A stretch of 62,951 nt of DNA, filler included, from Chlamydiia bacterium (GTDB taxonomy: Bacteria; Chlamydiota; Chlamydiia; Chlamydiales; FEN-1388), in NCBI GenBank assembly GCA_903848235.1. It is 5 parts of 5 records of this genome, joined end to end, with 100 filler letters (N's around TTAATTAATTAA, not from the genome) between each part and the next. Parts side by side here need not be neighbours in the genome. Positions count along the whole stretch, not along the records: positions 19,298 to 50,746 come from CAINFV010000096.1; 4 more parts are not named here. One strand, 5' to 3'. This document shows, piece after piece, positions 39,418 through 49,583 of this stretch. The translations under genes and the position numbers were made by a program. Each line of letters opens with the position of its first letter. Position 1 is the stretch's first letter. The notes beneath the pieces are model-generated. The model worked only from the letters and a program-made list of their open reading frames with translations. It was not told the origin of the DNA and made no database searches.

Positions 39418-40437
39418 ATGAAATGCGTACAGGAACAGTTTGAACATGCGCTTCTTGAGTGCAAGACGGCGAAAGATGTAGAAGCGTTGAAGCTTCGGTA
39501 TCTTGGTAAGAAGGGGATTATCCAGGATCAGATGCGTCTGTTGAAGGAAGTGTCTCCTGAACAGAGGCCTGCTGTAGGCGCACAGGTGAATGCCCTGAAA
39601 GTATATATCGAAGGAAAACTAGACCAATTTCTGAGTCGTATTGTTGACCAAGAGCGTGAGCAACGTATGGCAGGAGAGCGGCTTGACGTCACACTGCCAG
39701 GGCGAGCGCACTTCCTTGGATCTAAGCATCCGATCCCAGCGACAATTGATGAGATTGTGCGGATTTTAAAAGACCTTGGCTTTTCGGCTCAGGTAGGCCC
39801 TCAAATCGAAACCGAGTACTATAACTTTGAAGTGTTAAACTTCGCTCCTGACCATCCTGCGAAGGATATGCAAGATACCTTTTATATTGAGCCTGGTATC
39901 TTGCTTCGCACGCAGACGTCAAACGTGCAAGGACGAGTTATGGAGAGGACATCGCCTCCCATTCGGATTGCTTGTCCTGGCAGGTGCTTTCGTAACGAAG
40001 AGGTGAGTGCGCGATCCCATTGCTTCTTTCACCAGGTAGAGGCTCTCTATATCGACCAAGGGGTGAGCATGCAAGATCTCTTCTCGACATTTCGGGAGTT
40101 TGTGCAGCGCCTCTTTCAGCGTGATGACTTAGAAGTACGCTTCAGGCCCAGTTACTTTCCCTTCGTAGAGCCTGGTACTGAATGTGATGCTACCTGCTTA
40201 GTCTGCAATGGCAAGGGGTGTCAGCTCTGTAAATACTCTGGGTGGCTTGAGATCTGCGGTGCTGGCATGGTTCATCCCCAAGTATTGCGGAATGTTGGGA
40301 TAGACCCTGAAAAATATCAGGGGTATGCCTGGGGGATGGGTGTAGAGAGGCTTATTATGCTGCGTCATAGTATCAGAGACATTCGCCTTTTCTCTGAAAA
40401 TGACATGCGATTCTTGCGTCAATTTCACGGCGCATAA
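39418..40437 (+). CDS. pheS: Phenylalanine--tRNA ligase alpha subunit
   Basis: HPAKDMQDTFY, LLRTQTS, FRPSYFPFVEP and GMGVER motifs. Confidence 0.98.
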   Translation: MKCVQEQFEHALLECKTAKDVEALKLRYLGKKGIIQDQMRLLKEVSPEQRPAVGAQVNALKVYIEGKLDQFLSRIVDQEREQRMAGERLDVTLPGRAHFLGSKHPIPATIDEIVRILKDLGFSAQVGPQIETEYYNFEVLNFAPDHPAKDMQDTFYIEPGILLRTQTSNVQGRVMERTSPPIRIACPGRCFRNEEVSARSHCFFHQVEALYIDQGVSMQDLFSTFREFVQRLFQRDDLEVRFRPSYFPFVEPGTECDATCLVCNGKGCQLCKYSGWLEICGAGMVHPQVLRNVGIDPEKYQGYAWGMGVERLIMLRHSIRDIRLFSENDMRFLRQFHGA

Positions 40438-40456
40438 CGAAAAAGGAGGGGAGGTT

Positions 40457-41350
40457 ATGCCTGTAGAGCGGTGGAGGGTGTCGGACGAAGAGTCTGGTGC
40501 TCGGCTGCCAGAAATTCTCGTTGGGCATGGACCTCTCCATCTTCCATCTTTAAAGCAAGCACGCCGTCTTATTGAATCCGGTCGGTGCTCTGTCAACGGC
40601 CGGATTCGGAAGTTTGCCTCTGTTGTTGTCGCATCGGGGGATTGGATAGAGGTGGTTCCTGGGGAGCCGAAGAAACGACGTCCTGACTGTTCTATCATCT
40701 ATGAAGATGAGTGGATGTTTGTTATCAACAAGCCACCTGGCATAACAGTTGAGCATGAGATTATAGAACGTGTGACAGCGCGAAAATGCTATCTCGTCCA
40801 TCGTATCGACAAGGACACCTCAGGGCTGCTCATGGTTGCCAAGAATCCTGACATGGCAAGCTTTCTGGAATTGTTATTTCGCGAGCGTTCTATAAAAAAA
40901 GAATACCTCGCGATCGTTGACGGGGAGCTGCGAGAAAAACATGGCATTATCCGGTGGTCGCTGAAGCTGAAAAAGCGATGCCAGGGGGGGGTATATTGGG
41001 GAATTACTAAGGATTCTTCTGGAAAGTCCGCCTATACAGAGTTTACCCTAGTGGCGAGGAAGAATGATGCTTCACTGGTGCACCTTCTTCCGACGACAGG
41101 ACGTACCCATCAGCTTCGCGTTCATATGGCAGCTCTTGGAGCTCCGATCCTTGGTGATTATCAGTATTCGGAGCAGTTTCGCTGTGCCATGCGGCCAGAG
41201 CGTCATATGCTGCATGCGTGGAAGCTTTCCATGCCGCATCCTATCTTAGGAGAGCAGAAGTCATGGACAGCGCCGTTGCCTGATGATATGGCAGAGGCTG
41301 TTCGGTCGTTATTTGGTGGAGAAGTAGAGAGGAAGCTATGCGAGCTTTGA
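40457..41350 (+). CDS. RluA/RluC/D-family pseudouridine synthase with S4 domain
   Basis: NKPPG, HRIDKDTSG, TGRTHQLRVH and LGDYQY motifs; RBS AGGAGG. Confidence 0.93.
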   Translation: MPVERWRVSDEESGARLPEILVGHGPLHLPSLKQARRLIESGRCSVNGRIRKFASVVVASGDWIEVVPGEPKKRRPDCSIIYEDEWMFVINKPPGITVEHEIIERVTARKCYLVHRIDKDTSGLLMVAKNPDMASFLELLFRERSIKKEYLAIVDGELREKHGIIRWSLKLKKRCQGGVYWGITKDSSGKSAYTEFTLVARKNDASLVHLLPTTGRTHQLRVHMAALGAPILGDYQYSEQFRCAMRPERHMLHAWKLSMPHPILGEQKSWTAPLPDDMAEAVRSLFGGEVERKLCEL

Positions 41351-42408
41351 TCGTAAAGACATCTTCGTTAGGGGATGTTGTTCAAGCCTTTCCCGTGGTC
41401 GAATACCTGAAATCTCGGCAGCATATATCCCATGTCGGATGGGTTGTTGAGAAAAAGGCATCTTCTCTCGTGTATGCCCATCCGTATGTAGACACTGTTA
41501 TCGAAATCGACAGCTCTTCTCTTCGTTCATTGTTCCCTCGATATGAGATGATTAGAGAGTGGAAGCGTCAACGGGCGATGGTCAGAGAGTCCTGCTGGGA
41601 CTGTGTTTTTGACCTTCAGGCAAACATCAAGTCAGGCCTTGCTACCTGGTATGCGAGATCTCCCGTCAAAGTAGGGTATGGCAGAGCATCGGCAGCAGAA
41701 TGGCCGAATATTTGGGCCACGGCAGAGCGGCATGACCCTCCCTCTGGGCTTTCGATACGAGAAGAATATCTTCATATCGTCCAACGTCATTTTCATGATT
41801 CGCTAGCATTTGAAGCATCGCCCCTGGAGCTTCGTCTGACAGAAGCGCAGGAGCGCGCTCTTACTATAGAACGTTCTCGTTGGCCAGCTTCATCTCCAAT
41901 CTGGGTTGTCTCTGTAGGCTCTACCTGGCCAAATAAAATGTGCAGGACACAGTCTCTTCTTGATGTCCTACGGCTCTGCAAAGAGAAATATTCCCCGTAT
42001 TTCGTGTTTATTGCCGGCAATGGCGAGGAGCTGCGAGAGGTAGGAGCTTTAGCTCAAGACTTCCCTCGTTCGAGTCATGTGCTGTATCGACCCGAGCTTC
42101 CCCTCCTCCAACGGGCCATGAATCATGCAAGTGCAGTCCTTGCCGTTGATTCCATCATCCTTCATCTTGCGGCCACCACGCAGACGCCTACTTTTGGCTT
42201 TTTTGGGCCGTCCAGCGCTCAGAAATATGCTCCAAAGGGCAAGCGCCATGGCTTTTTCCAAGGTATTTGCCACTCAATGGCTAGCTATGAAAAGCGATGT
42301 CCTTTGCTGCGCACCTGTGCGACGGGACAGTGCTTGAAGGGATCGGATCCTGAGGATATATTCCGCAGCATTGAGGAGTGGCAGGAGAGGTATATTCTGC
42401 CTTCGTGA
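41338..42408 (+). CDS. waaC: Glycosyltransferase family 9, heptosyltransferase I (WaaC/RfaC)-like
   Basis: LIVKTSSLGDVV, FDLQ..KS and VDS..LHLAA...PTFGFFGPS motifs. Confidence 0.8.
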   Translation: MRALIVKTSSLGDVVQAFPVVEYLKSRQHISHVGWVVEKKASSLVYAHPYVDTVIEIDSSSLRSLFPRYEMIREWKRQRAMVRESCWDCVFDLQANIKSGLATWYARSPVKVGYGRASAAEWPNIWATAERHDPPSGLSIREEYLHIVQRHFHDSLAFEASPLELRLTEAQERALTIERSRWPASSPIWVVSVGSTWPNKMCRTQSLLDVLRLCKEKYSPYFVFIAGNGEELREVGALAQDFPRSSHVLYRPELPLLQRAMNHASAVLAVDSIILHLAATTQTPTFGFFGPSSAQKYAPKGKRHGFFQGICHSMASYEKRCPLLRTCATGQCLKGSDPEDIFRSIEEWQERYILPS

Positions 42409-43120
42409 GCTCTCTTTTCCCAATCCAGATGGCGAGGTATCCTCGATATATTCGACTGTCGGTGTCGACGGTATGAAGACTTCTGAGAAGGCGACTTCTT
42501 TTCACCCAGTACGGTCCTGTCCACTCTCTATCCACATCCATTACAAGAACGTGCCGGCTGCTGATGTTATAATCACCAAGAGGTGAGAAATGACCCACAG
42601 GAGTGCCGATGGGTATGAGAATCGACTGGTCAAAATTGGCAATGAGCAGGCAGCGCAGCCTTTTTTTTGACGCTAATAAATGTAGCGCTTTGTGGAGAAG
42701 TCCTTTTGATGGATGTGGATGTGAGACATGCCTCACATCTACACGTGGTACGTGCAGTCCATAGGCGCGCAATACTTTTTTCAGGATGCTCGCGCACTGA
42801 TTCAACGTGATTCCTGGGCCGCCTCGTGCCACGGCCTTTGTCCATGTTCTATCGTGAGAGCGTTCCAGCACTTCTTTTTGTGTCTGCGGTGTGAAATTAG
42901 TGACAGTTTGTGAGAGCAAAGCGTTGACAATCATGGTGATGGTGGCAAGTGAGCATGAGCTCTCGTTTTCCTGTTGTACATAGTACGGGCTGAGAGATCG
43001 ATAGGCATAGGAGGCTGAATGGGTGGTTGGTGAATAGGGGACTGCTGTCTGCGGGTAGACGCTCTTCAGTGGGAGAAGAAAGAGGGTGAGAAAGAATAAG
43101 ACTGAAAACAGCCGGTTCAT
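42281..43120 (-). CDS. Phytochelatin synthase-like papain-fold enzyme with signal peptide
   Basis: QENESSCSLA (Gln/Cys), GHFSPLG.Y (His), VLVMDVD (Asp) and PYWV motifs; hydrophobic N-terminus from ATG 43120. Confidence 0.85.
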   Translation of the reverse strand: MNRLFSVLFFLTLFLLPLKSVYPQTAVPYSPTTHSASYAYRSLSPYYVQQENESSCSLATITMIVNALLSQTVTNFTPQTQKEVLERSHDRTWTKAVARGGPGITLNQCASILKKVLRAYGLHVPRVDVRHVSHPHPSKGLLHKALHLLASKKRLRCLLIANFDQSILIPIGTPVGHFSPLGDYNISSRHVLVMDVDREWTGPYWVKRSRLLRSLHTVDTDSRIYRGYLAIWIGKRELTKAEYTSPATPQCCGIYPQDPIPSSTVPSHRCAAKDIAFHS

Positions 43121-43466
43121 CTCGAAATTTTCCTGTGAGGCTTCTGTTGTGTGAAGGAGCATGCTCGTGGAGTATTTTTGATGATCACTGATTTGTAGTA
43201 CTAGAAAAAATTCTTTCTTTGCAGTACGTATACAATGAGAGGTGAGGTTGTATGAGTATAGTACCGGATATCAAAAAGTTCTGTGTTGATCTGTACGAGA
43301 CAGCATCGCATGCCCGCCCTCTCTGCAGGTGCTGAGATGCTTGTCCTGAGCGATCTTCTCCGAGTGGTTAGGACAGTACGAAAGCCGGTGTTGAAGAGCG
43401 CTGAGAAGTTCGTGAAGCGAGGGCAAAGGCGATTCTGTAGCCACAGGCTCTTATAAACTCGAGCTA

Positions 43467-45935
43467 GTGACAGGGCCTGTTAAAAATCAAAGGAGAGCCG
43501 CAATTATGGAAACATCAGCTGGTGAAGTAGCGTGGCGACCTACGTCGGCAGAGAGTGCATTTGCCACTAAACTTGGCGATATCACGAGATGTACTGGCGG
43601 CTCCCCTACTCTTTTGGGCAAAGTATGCCGAACGATGGCTCGCTTCGCGGAAATGTGTGGATTAGTGTCTTGCAAAAGGTCCTGGGAGGTTCATGTCGCT
43701 GCAGAACACATGGCGCAAGAAGGGTATTCCGGAAATGCGTCGTCGGTAGGACTTAGCAGCACTGCCGAACATCTCGAGGCTCTAGGGCACCGTGATCTGG
43801 CCCAATCCTTGTTCCCCGCAGCAAAAATCTCAAAACGGTCCGAGGCATTGCTCCCAATACCTGCTCTCGCGCGATCGGTTCGGAAAGACGTTCAGGCACT
43901 TAACGAAAACGAGTCTCTAGTCATCCCTGTGGGGACGAGGGGGCACGCTCTTCTCATGGAAGTAACGTGTACAGGGGAAGACGTAAATGGTAAAAAAATC
44001 TTTTCTGTGACCATTCATAATACTGGTGGGGGATTAGAGTACCATCATTCTAGGATAGTTGACGGAAAAAAAATGCATCAAACGGCTTATGAAATACTCT
44101 CTGTTTCGGAAGATAGCCTTTGCGGAGAAAATTCATCGTTTTTTCAGAAACTGTTTGGTGCAGCATTCCATGATACTGATCATTTGTACAAAAAGGTTCT
44201 ACCAACCCTTGATGGAGAGCTAGGCAGCGCGAGGAGGCCTGAAGAGCGAGCTTTTTGGAGCCATGGACAGATGGGGGGGTCATGCACTGCATCATGCGTT
44301 CTTTCGTACCTTCGGTCCCATATGACTCGGGATGAGTATAAGAGTTTTAAGGAGTCCGTTCGGATGGAGGTATTTCTAAAACAGTACGAAATAATACGGG
44401 CTGGCAAAGCGACCTCGCACACCGTCAATATTACCATGGAAATCGGAAAGAAATTGCTGAAAAGAATGGAGAGTCCGCAACTTCAGGCAGCCATGCAAGA
44501 TATAGAAACAACCTTTTCGAAACTAGGAGAGGCTCAAAAAACCAGCTCACCATCTTCACCGCATGGTTGCACGGAGAGGGTTAAATCTTTATCTCTTGCA
44601 TTCGAGGCCTTGAAAAAAAAGGGGGCATTCACATCAGAACGTCGTGAAATTGTAGAAGCAGAATTGCTTAGATCAGGATTGCTTGAGGAAGGTATGCTGG
44701 GTAGTTTAAGTCCTGAGGAAAAAGAGGATCTTCGTAAACTTGCTGAAAAAATTGCCACGTATCTGGGGAATGAGCCCATGCTCACAAAAGATCAAATATG
44801 TCTTTACGCTGCGTTGGCTCTGCGCATGCGCAGTCTTGATCTGCCTGAAAAACTTAGAAAAAACATGAATTCGGTACAATGCGACTATGTGCAAATGAAT
44901 AAGACGGGGTTGATGACGCATCCAAAAATCGTCGGTATTCTTGTTGACCTTGAGGCGGATATGCCAGACCAGGTCTCGAGGGAAGCTGGATTTCACGTCC
45001 AACAGTTTTCCCTAAACCCTCCTTTGGGGAGGGTTCGATTATCTCAGATAACCGACGGAGCTCTTGCTATTGAGATCGGTGTGGAATTGTTGAAACAAAA
45101 GAAACTCCCTCTAGCTGATGTTCTTTGTGCCTTAATCGAAAACCCTTCTGTTGCCATAGAAGATATACACAAAAAATTGGGCTTGAAGAGCAAGGATATA
45201 CCAGAGAGTACGGAAATAGAAAACGCCTTGCGTACAAGATCGGGATATAACACTTTGCCATCAGTAGAACAGACACGATATGATAAGCATGTTAAGGTCA
45301 GGGTTTCTCTGGCCTGCAACACTTTTGGTCGCTCCTGGTATGAATCTATGGTCTACGGCCATGCCTGCGCCCAGATTTGCATCACTGAAAAAACGTATAG
45401 TCTGAACACGTTGCCTCGTGACAAAGCCCTGAAACTAGCAACGGCCTACTGGATGATCCCTCAGGAGCGGGCGGATACTTTTGATTTGCTTTCTCAAAAC
45501 GCCCAGATAAGCATCGAAGATTTGCAGGGGTTCCTGGATTCAAAGACACAGCAAGAAATAGATATGGCTCGAATAAGTACTCAAATGAATCTAAAGACCC
45601 GCTTCCAATCAGAATTACCTGCTTCGTTTTCCGAAAAAGAAAAGGGGCTATATCTGGAGCGATATGACAAATATTATGAGAAGGCAAGATCTCTGGGTGT
45701 TTCTTGGTTCACGGCGAACAAACTTGCGCATACATGCGCGATGGAGTACGTCCTAAAAGTGAGAAAGGCGACCGCAGGGCCAGAAAAGGTTGATGAGTAC
45801 TTCGAGCGTTTTTCCGTGAATTTTGGCATTGCACTCTGTTTAAACGAACACACAGACGATCGGAAATCCTTTGATGTGCTGAAAGATGATTGCTTTAAAA
45901 AAATAGACAAGCAAATAGATCTCTATTATTTTTGA
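43467..45935 (+). CDS. Putative secreted effector with candidate cysteine-protease domain (start uncertain)
   Basis: 822 aa; GHALL, HNTGGG and QMGGSC motifs in His-Asn-Gln-Cys order. Confidence 0.7.
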   Translation: MTGPVKNQRRAAIMETSAGEVAWRPTSAESAFATKLGDITRCTGGSPTLLGKVCRTMARFAEMCGLVSCKRSWEVHVAAEHMAQEGYSGNASSVGLSSTAEHLEALGHRDLAQSLFPAAKISKRSEALLPIPALARSVRKDVQALNENESLVIPVGTRGHALLMEVTCTGEDVNGKKIFSVTIHNTGGGLEYHHSRIVDGKKMHQTAYEILSVSEDSLCGENSSFFQKLFGAAFHDTDHLYKKVLPTLDGELGSARRPEERAFWSHGQMGGSCTASCVLSYLRSHMTRDEYKSFKESVRMEVFLKQYEIIRAGKATSHTVNITMEIGKKLLKRMESPQLQAAMQDIETTFSKLGEAQKTSSPSSPHGCTERVKSLSLAFEALKKKGAFTSERREIVEAELLRSGLLEEGMLGSLSPEEKEDLRKLAEKIATYLGNEPMLTKDQICLYAALALRMRSLDLPEKLRKNMNSVQCDYVQMNKTGLMTHPKIVGILVDLEADMPDQVSREAGFHVQQFSLNPPLGRVRLSQITDGALAIEIGVELLKQKKLPLADVLCALIENPSVAIEDIHKKLGLKSKDIPESTEIENALRTRSGYNTLPSVEQTRYDKHVKVRVSLACNTFGRSWYESMVYGHACAQICITEKTYSLNTLPRDKALKLATAYWMIPQERADTFDLLSQNAQISIEDLQGFLDSKTQQEIDMARISTQMNLKTRFQSELPASFSEKEKGLYLERYDKYYEKARSLGVSWFTANKLAHTCAMEYVLKVRKATAGPEKVDEYFERFSVNFGIALCLNEHTDDRKSFDVLKDDCFKKIDKQIDLYYF

Positions 45936-46006
45936 AAACATGATATCTAAGAATATTTTCCCATTTTAAAACTGCGGAAGTTGGGTGAATCTGTAGCCGC
46001 AGCCCC

Positions 46007-46510
46007 TTATAGTATCCGTGTCAGAGAGTAACTTGTGCTGCGTCCGCCCTTTGAGTCTTTTGTGAGAATTCCTCGGTTCACAAGATCGAGAATGTCTCGA
46101 TAAGCAGTGTCCTGGGAACACTTTGCTATCTTAGCCCATTTTGATGAGGTTAACGGGCCTTGCAGGCCGCCCAGTAGGCGATTAATTATTTTCCTCTGCC
46201 GATCGTTTAAGGGAATCTCCTTAAGCGCTTCCCAAAACGACGCTTTGACTAGAATACTGTCAAGGGTGGACAACGCACCGTCTATTGCTCGTCCAAGACG
46301 CCCGCTTCCATCGTCAAAGCGGTGAATTGTGACGAACCAAAGGTGAGCAATGGCAGCCTTTAAGACAAGATCAATTGTTGTCTCACTGTTGATCCAATTC
46401 AGAAAAAGAGTGCATTCATGATCGACTCGATCGGTGGAGGGGCCCTCGAAATGAACTTTTTCCTCTTCCATCCGACCTGAGACGGCCTGAACAGAACTGT
46501 CAATCTCCGC
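46007..46510 (-). pseudogene. Fic-family (DUF4172-type) gene remnant with deletions
   Basis: Degenerate Fic motif HRFDDGSGR (consensus HPFxDGNGR); C-terminal LTSSKWAKIAKCSQDTAYRDI winged helix; much shorter than intact members and lacks an N-terminus. Confidence 0.8.
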
Positions 46511-46553
46511 AAGTGCAACAGAATTCTCCGCATATTTGCGGAGAATAGTAGGT

Positions 46554-49500
46554 TTATTCTCCGCACGTTTTTTTGGGGAAGCTCTTTCCTTTGCTAAGCG
46601 ACACATACAGTACTGGTGTTACATACAAGGTCAGCACTTGAGAAAAAAGAAGACCTCCTACAATCACAAGGCCAAGTCCTCGGAGCATTTCTGCACTCTC
46701 GCCAATCCCAAAGGCAAGCGGCAAGGCACCTATGATAGCGGCAACTGTTGTCATCATAATCGGCCGAAGGCGGATCAAGCTCGCCTCAATAATAGCTTCT
46801 TCAGGTGACGTGACAGTTTTTTGGATTTCAAGAGCATAGTCCACCATCATAATTCCATTTTTTTTCACGATGCCAATGAGAAGGAGGAAGCCTACAGCAC
46901 TAAATATGGAAAGCGGCTCATGAGTGATGAACAGGGTGAGAATACCTCCTAAGCCAGCAAGAGGAATCGATGAGAGAATCGTCAGAGGATGAGAAAAACT
47001 TTCGTAGAGTATGCCCAGTATCGTGTACATCACAATCGTGGCTACCAGAAGCAAGAGAAGAGTGTTTCGTGTCGTCGTTGAGATGGTTTGGGCAGAACCA
47101 GAAAGATTTGCCGAGATGGTATCTGAAGGAACGAGGGAAGCTGCTGCCCTTGCTACACTCTTAAGTCCCACATTGATAGGCACGCTATCTGCAAGACTAA
47201 AATAGACGTTGGTTGAGGGCAAGCCCTCATGTCGATGGAGGGAGGCAGGGCCGAGCTTTTCTTCTACAGTGCAAAAGGCACTGAATGGCACGAGGGTGCC
47301 TAAACGTGATGAGCACATCAGTTTTGAGGGAGCATCAAGTCGCTTTTGATATTCAGGAAGAAGTTCGATAGCAATCTCTTCTCGAAATGGACCTTTCTGT
47401 ATAAACCCCACCCTTGTTTGGCCGAAAGCGTTGTGTAAAAGGGTCTGAATATCGTGTCTGTCGATGCCATACATATGCGCCTTTTTCTCATCCACAAGCA
47501 CTCGTAATAGAGGCATCCCTTCATTGCTCGATGCTGAAACAAATGTTACCTCTGGCATTTTTTTTATATGAGCTTCTATGGCACGGGCTGCTGCCTCAAC
47601 AGCTTCGTTTTCAGTTCCTTTCACAATAAGACTATAGTGGCCAGGGTGGTCAAAATTCATGCCCACCGTAATAAGCCGCCAAGGAGCAAACGTGGCGATG
47701 ACGCCAGGAATGGCCTGCAACTGTTTTTCTAAAGAGGCAATAATATCTTTTTGCGGAGGGCGGTTCGTCTCTTTGGTGTGAAGCTTCACAACGAACACAA
47801 TCTGGCCAGGAACTGCAAAAGTCAAAAAATTGTCAATCGAAGGCTGTTGTCGAAAGATCTTCTCAATGCTCCCTTGCCGTTCTAGAATGTGCTTCTGTGA
47901 GGTCGCTGAAGGAACAGAGACGAAAGCAAAAAAATAGCCTCGGTCTTCTTCAGGGAACAAATTTACCGGTAATCGGGTGAAAAGGGAGATTGACGCGAAT
48001 AGACACATGAGGGCGCAGAATAAGACACTCTTAGGATATCCGAGAACCAGCCGTAGGCTTTTCGCATAAGCAGTTTTGAAAATAGAAGTGTTTTTTGTTG
48101 CTGTACATGAGGCTTGTACAAATCTGCTGCTTAGCATTGGGATGATCGTAATGGAAACAATTCCAGAAACCGTGATGGCGATGGCAAGCGTCATGCTAAA
48201 CTCACGGAAAAGTCGGCCCTCCATGCCCGGCATAAACAGAAGAGGGATAAAAGCGGCGACTAAGGAAAGTGTAATGGAGACGATCGTAAAACAGATGTGT
48301 TCAGTGCCGAGGATACTTGCCTCTCTTTTTGATTTTCCCTGTTCCCGATAGCGGACAATATTTTCCAAGACAACAATAGCATCATCGACCACAAAGCCGC
48401 ATGAGAGGGTAAGGGCAACTAAAGAGAGGAGGTTCAGGCTAAAGCCTGCACAGTACATGATCGCAAGCGTTCCGAATAAGGAAAAGGGAAGGGAGATGCT
48501 CGTTATCAAGGAATTCATACCGCGCTTTAACGACACATATATGACGAGGATGACAAGGATAAAGGCAATGCCAAGGGACCACTCGACATCAACGAGGGAG
48601 GCATTGATCCACATGGCTTTGTCAAACCAGATGGAGAGAGAGATATTTTTTGGAAGTTCCTTTTGAATTGTGGTAAGAGTACTTTGGACATCCTGTGAGA
48701 TTGCTACAGTATTGGCATCGCTCGTTTTCTGAATGCTGATTATCACTGCATTTGCAGAGCTCTCATGGCTGACAAGGCGGTCTTCTTGTGGGAATAGCTG
48801 TTCCTCCGATATGGTGCCTATATCCTGAAATAAAACAGCACCATCTCCGATTCGGATTGTATTCAAATCCGACGCTGCTGCGATTGTCTGGGCCATTTCG
48901 ATAGCTAACAGGCCATGCCCTGTGTCAATGCCGCCGAGAGCGGCATAACCTGTACTTCGTTTAACAGCATCAATAACTTGTGGAAAGGTGATCCCTCGAG
49001 CTGCCATAAGTTCTGGATTGATACGCATGTAAATCGTTTTTGACTCGCCGTATGCATCCACCTTAGCTATCCCTTCGATACGTTTTAGACGGGGAAGAAC
49101 ATACTTTTCGGCAATCTGACGCAGCATCCCATTATCGGCTTCCAACGAAGTCGCGATAAGATAGATGATAGGTTCGTTTTCACGTTCTTGAACAAAATAT
49201 GTTGGTCTGTGCTCAAGGTCGATGGGAAGCGAATATTCAGCCAGGTTTATTGCTGTTTGCACGTCAATGACAGCCTGGTTTATATCCTTACTGATATCGA
49301 AGGTGAGTGTTATTGAAGAGTGTCCCTTGCCGCTATGTGATGAGATCTCCTGCACTCCTTTTACAAGGGCCAAATGCTCTTCGAGAGGGATAGTTATCTG
49401 GTTGAGGACTGTTTCAGGGTCTGCCCCTTGGTATTCAGTGTGTATTCCTATGCAAGGATGGGTTATTGGTGGAAGGTCTGTAACTGGTATCTTTATATAG

Positions 49501-49583
49501 GCTAAAACCCCAGCCAACACGAGGCTGAGCATGACAAGAGTTGTCATCACGGGACGTCGAATGAAAGGCTCTGAAATATTCAC
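46554..49583 (-). CDS. RND efflux transporter permease (MdtB/C/AcrB family)
   Basis: SEPFIRRPV, GFVVDDAIVVLEN, GIVKKNGIMMVD and RLRPIMMTT motifs. Confidence 0.95.
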   Translation of the reverse strand: MNISEPFIRRPVMTTLVMLSLVLAGVLAYIKIPVTDLPPITHPCIGIHTEYQGADPETVLNQITIPLEEHLALVKGVQEISSHSGKGHSSITLTFDISKDINQAVIDVQTAINLAEYSLPIDLEHRPTYFVQERENEPIIYLIATSLEADNGMLRQIAEKYVLPRLKRIEGIAKVDAYGESKTIYMRINPELMAARGITFPQVIDAVKRSTGYAALGGIDTGHGLLAIEMAQTIAAASDLNTIRIGDGAVLFQDIGTISEEQLFPQEDRLVSHESSANAVIISIQKTSDANTVAISQDVQSTLTTIQKELPKNISLSIWFDKAMWINASLVDVEWSLGIAFILVILVIYVSLKRGMNSLITSISLPFSLFGTLAIMYCAGFSLNLLSLVALTLSCGFVVDDAIVVLENIVRYREQGKSKREASILGTEHICFTIVSITLSLVAAFIPLLFMPGMEGRLFREFSMTLAIAITVSGIVSITIIPMLSSRFVQASCTATKNTSIFKTAYAKSLRLVLGYPKSVLFCALMCLFASISLFTRLPVNLFPEEDRGYFFAFVSVPSATSQKHILERQGSIEKIFRQQPSIDNFLTFAVPGQIVFVVKLHTKETNRPPQKDIIASLEKQLQAIPGVIATFAPWRLITVGMNFDHPGHYSLIVKGTENEAVEAAARAIEAHIKKMPEVTFVSASSNEGMPLLRVLVDEKKAHMYGIDRHDIQTLLHNAFGQTRVGFIQKGPFREEIAIELLPEYQKRLDAPSKLMCSSRLGTLVPFSAFCTVEEKLGPASLHRHEGLPSTNVYFSLADSVPINVGLKSVARAAASLVPSDTISANLSGSAQTISTTTRNTLLLLLVATIVMYTILGILYESFSHPLTILSSIPLAGLGGILTLFITHEPLSIFSAVGFLLLIGIVKKNGIMMVDYALEIQKTVTSPEEAIIEASLIRLRPIMMTTVAAIIGALPLAFGIGESAEMLRGLGLVIVGGLLFSQVLTLYVTPVLYVSLSKGKSFPKKTCGE

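Noticed and set aside
43252..43466. Short ORF with RBS upstream of the putative protease, as a frameshifted N-terminus
   Set aside because: Could not link the frames convincingly without homologues
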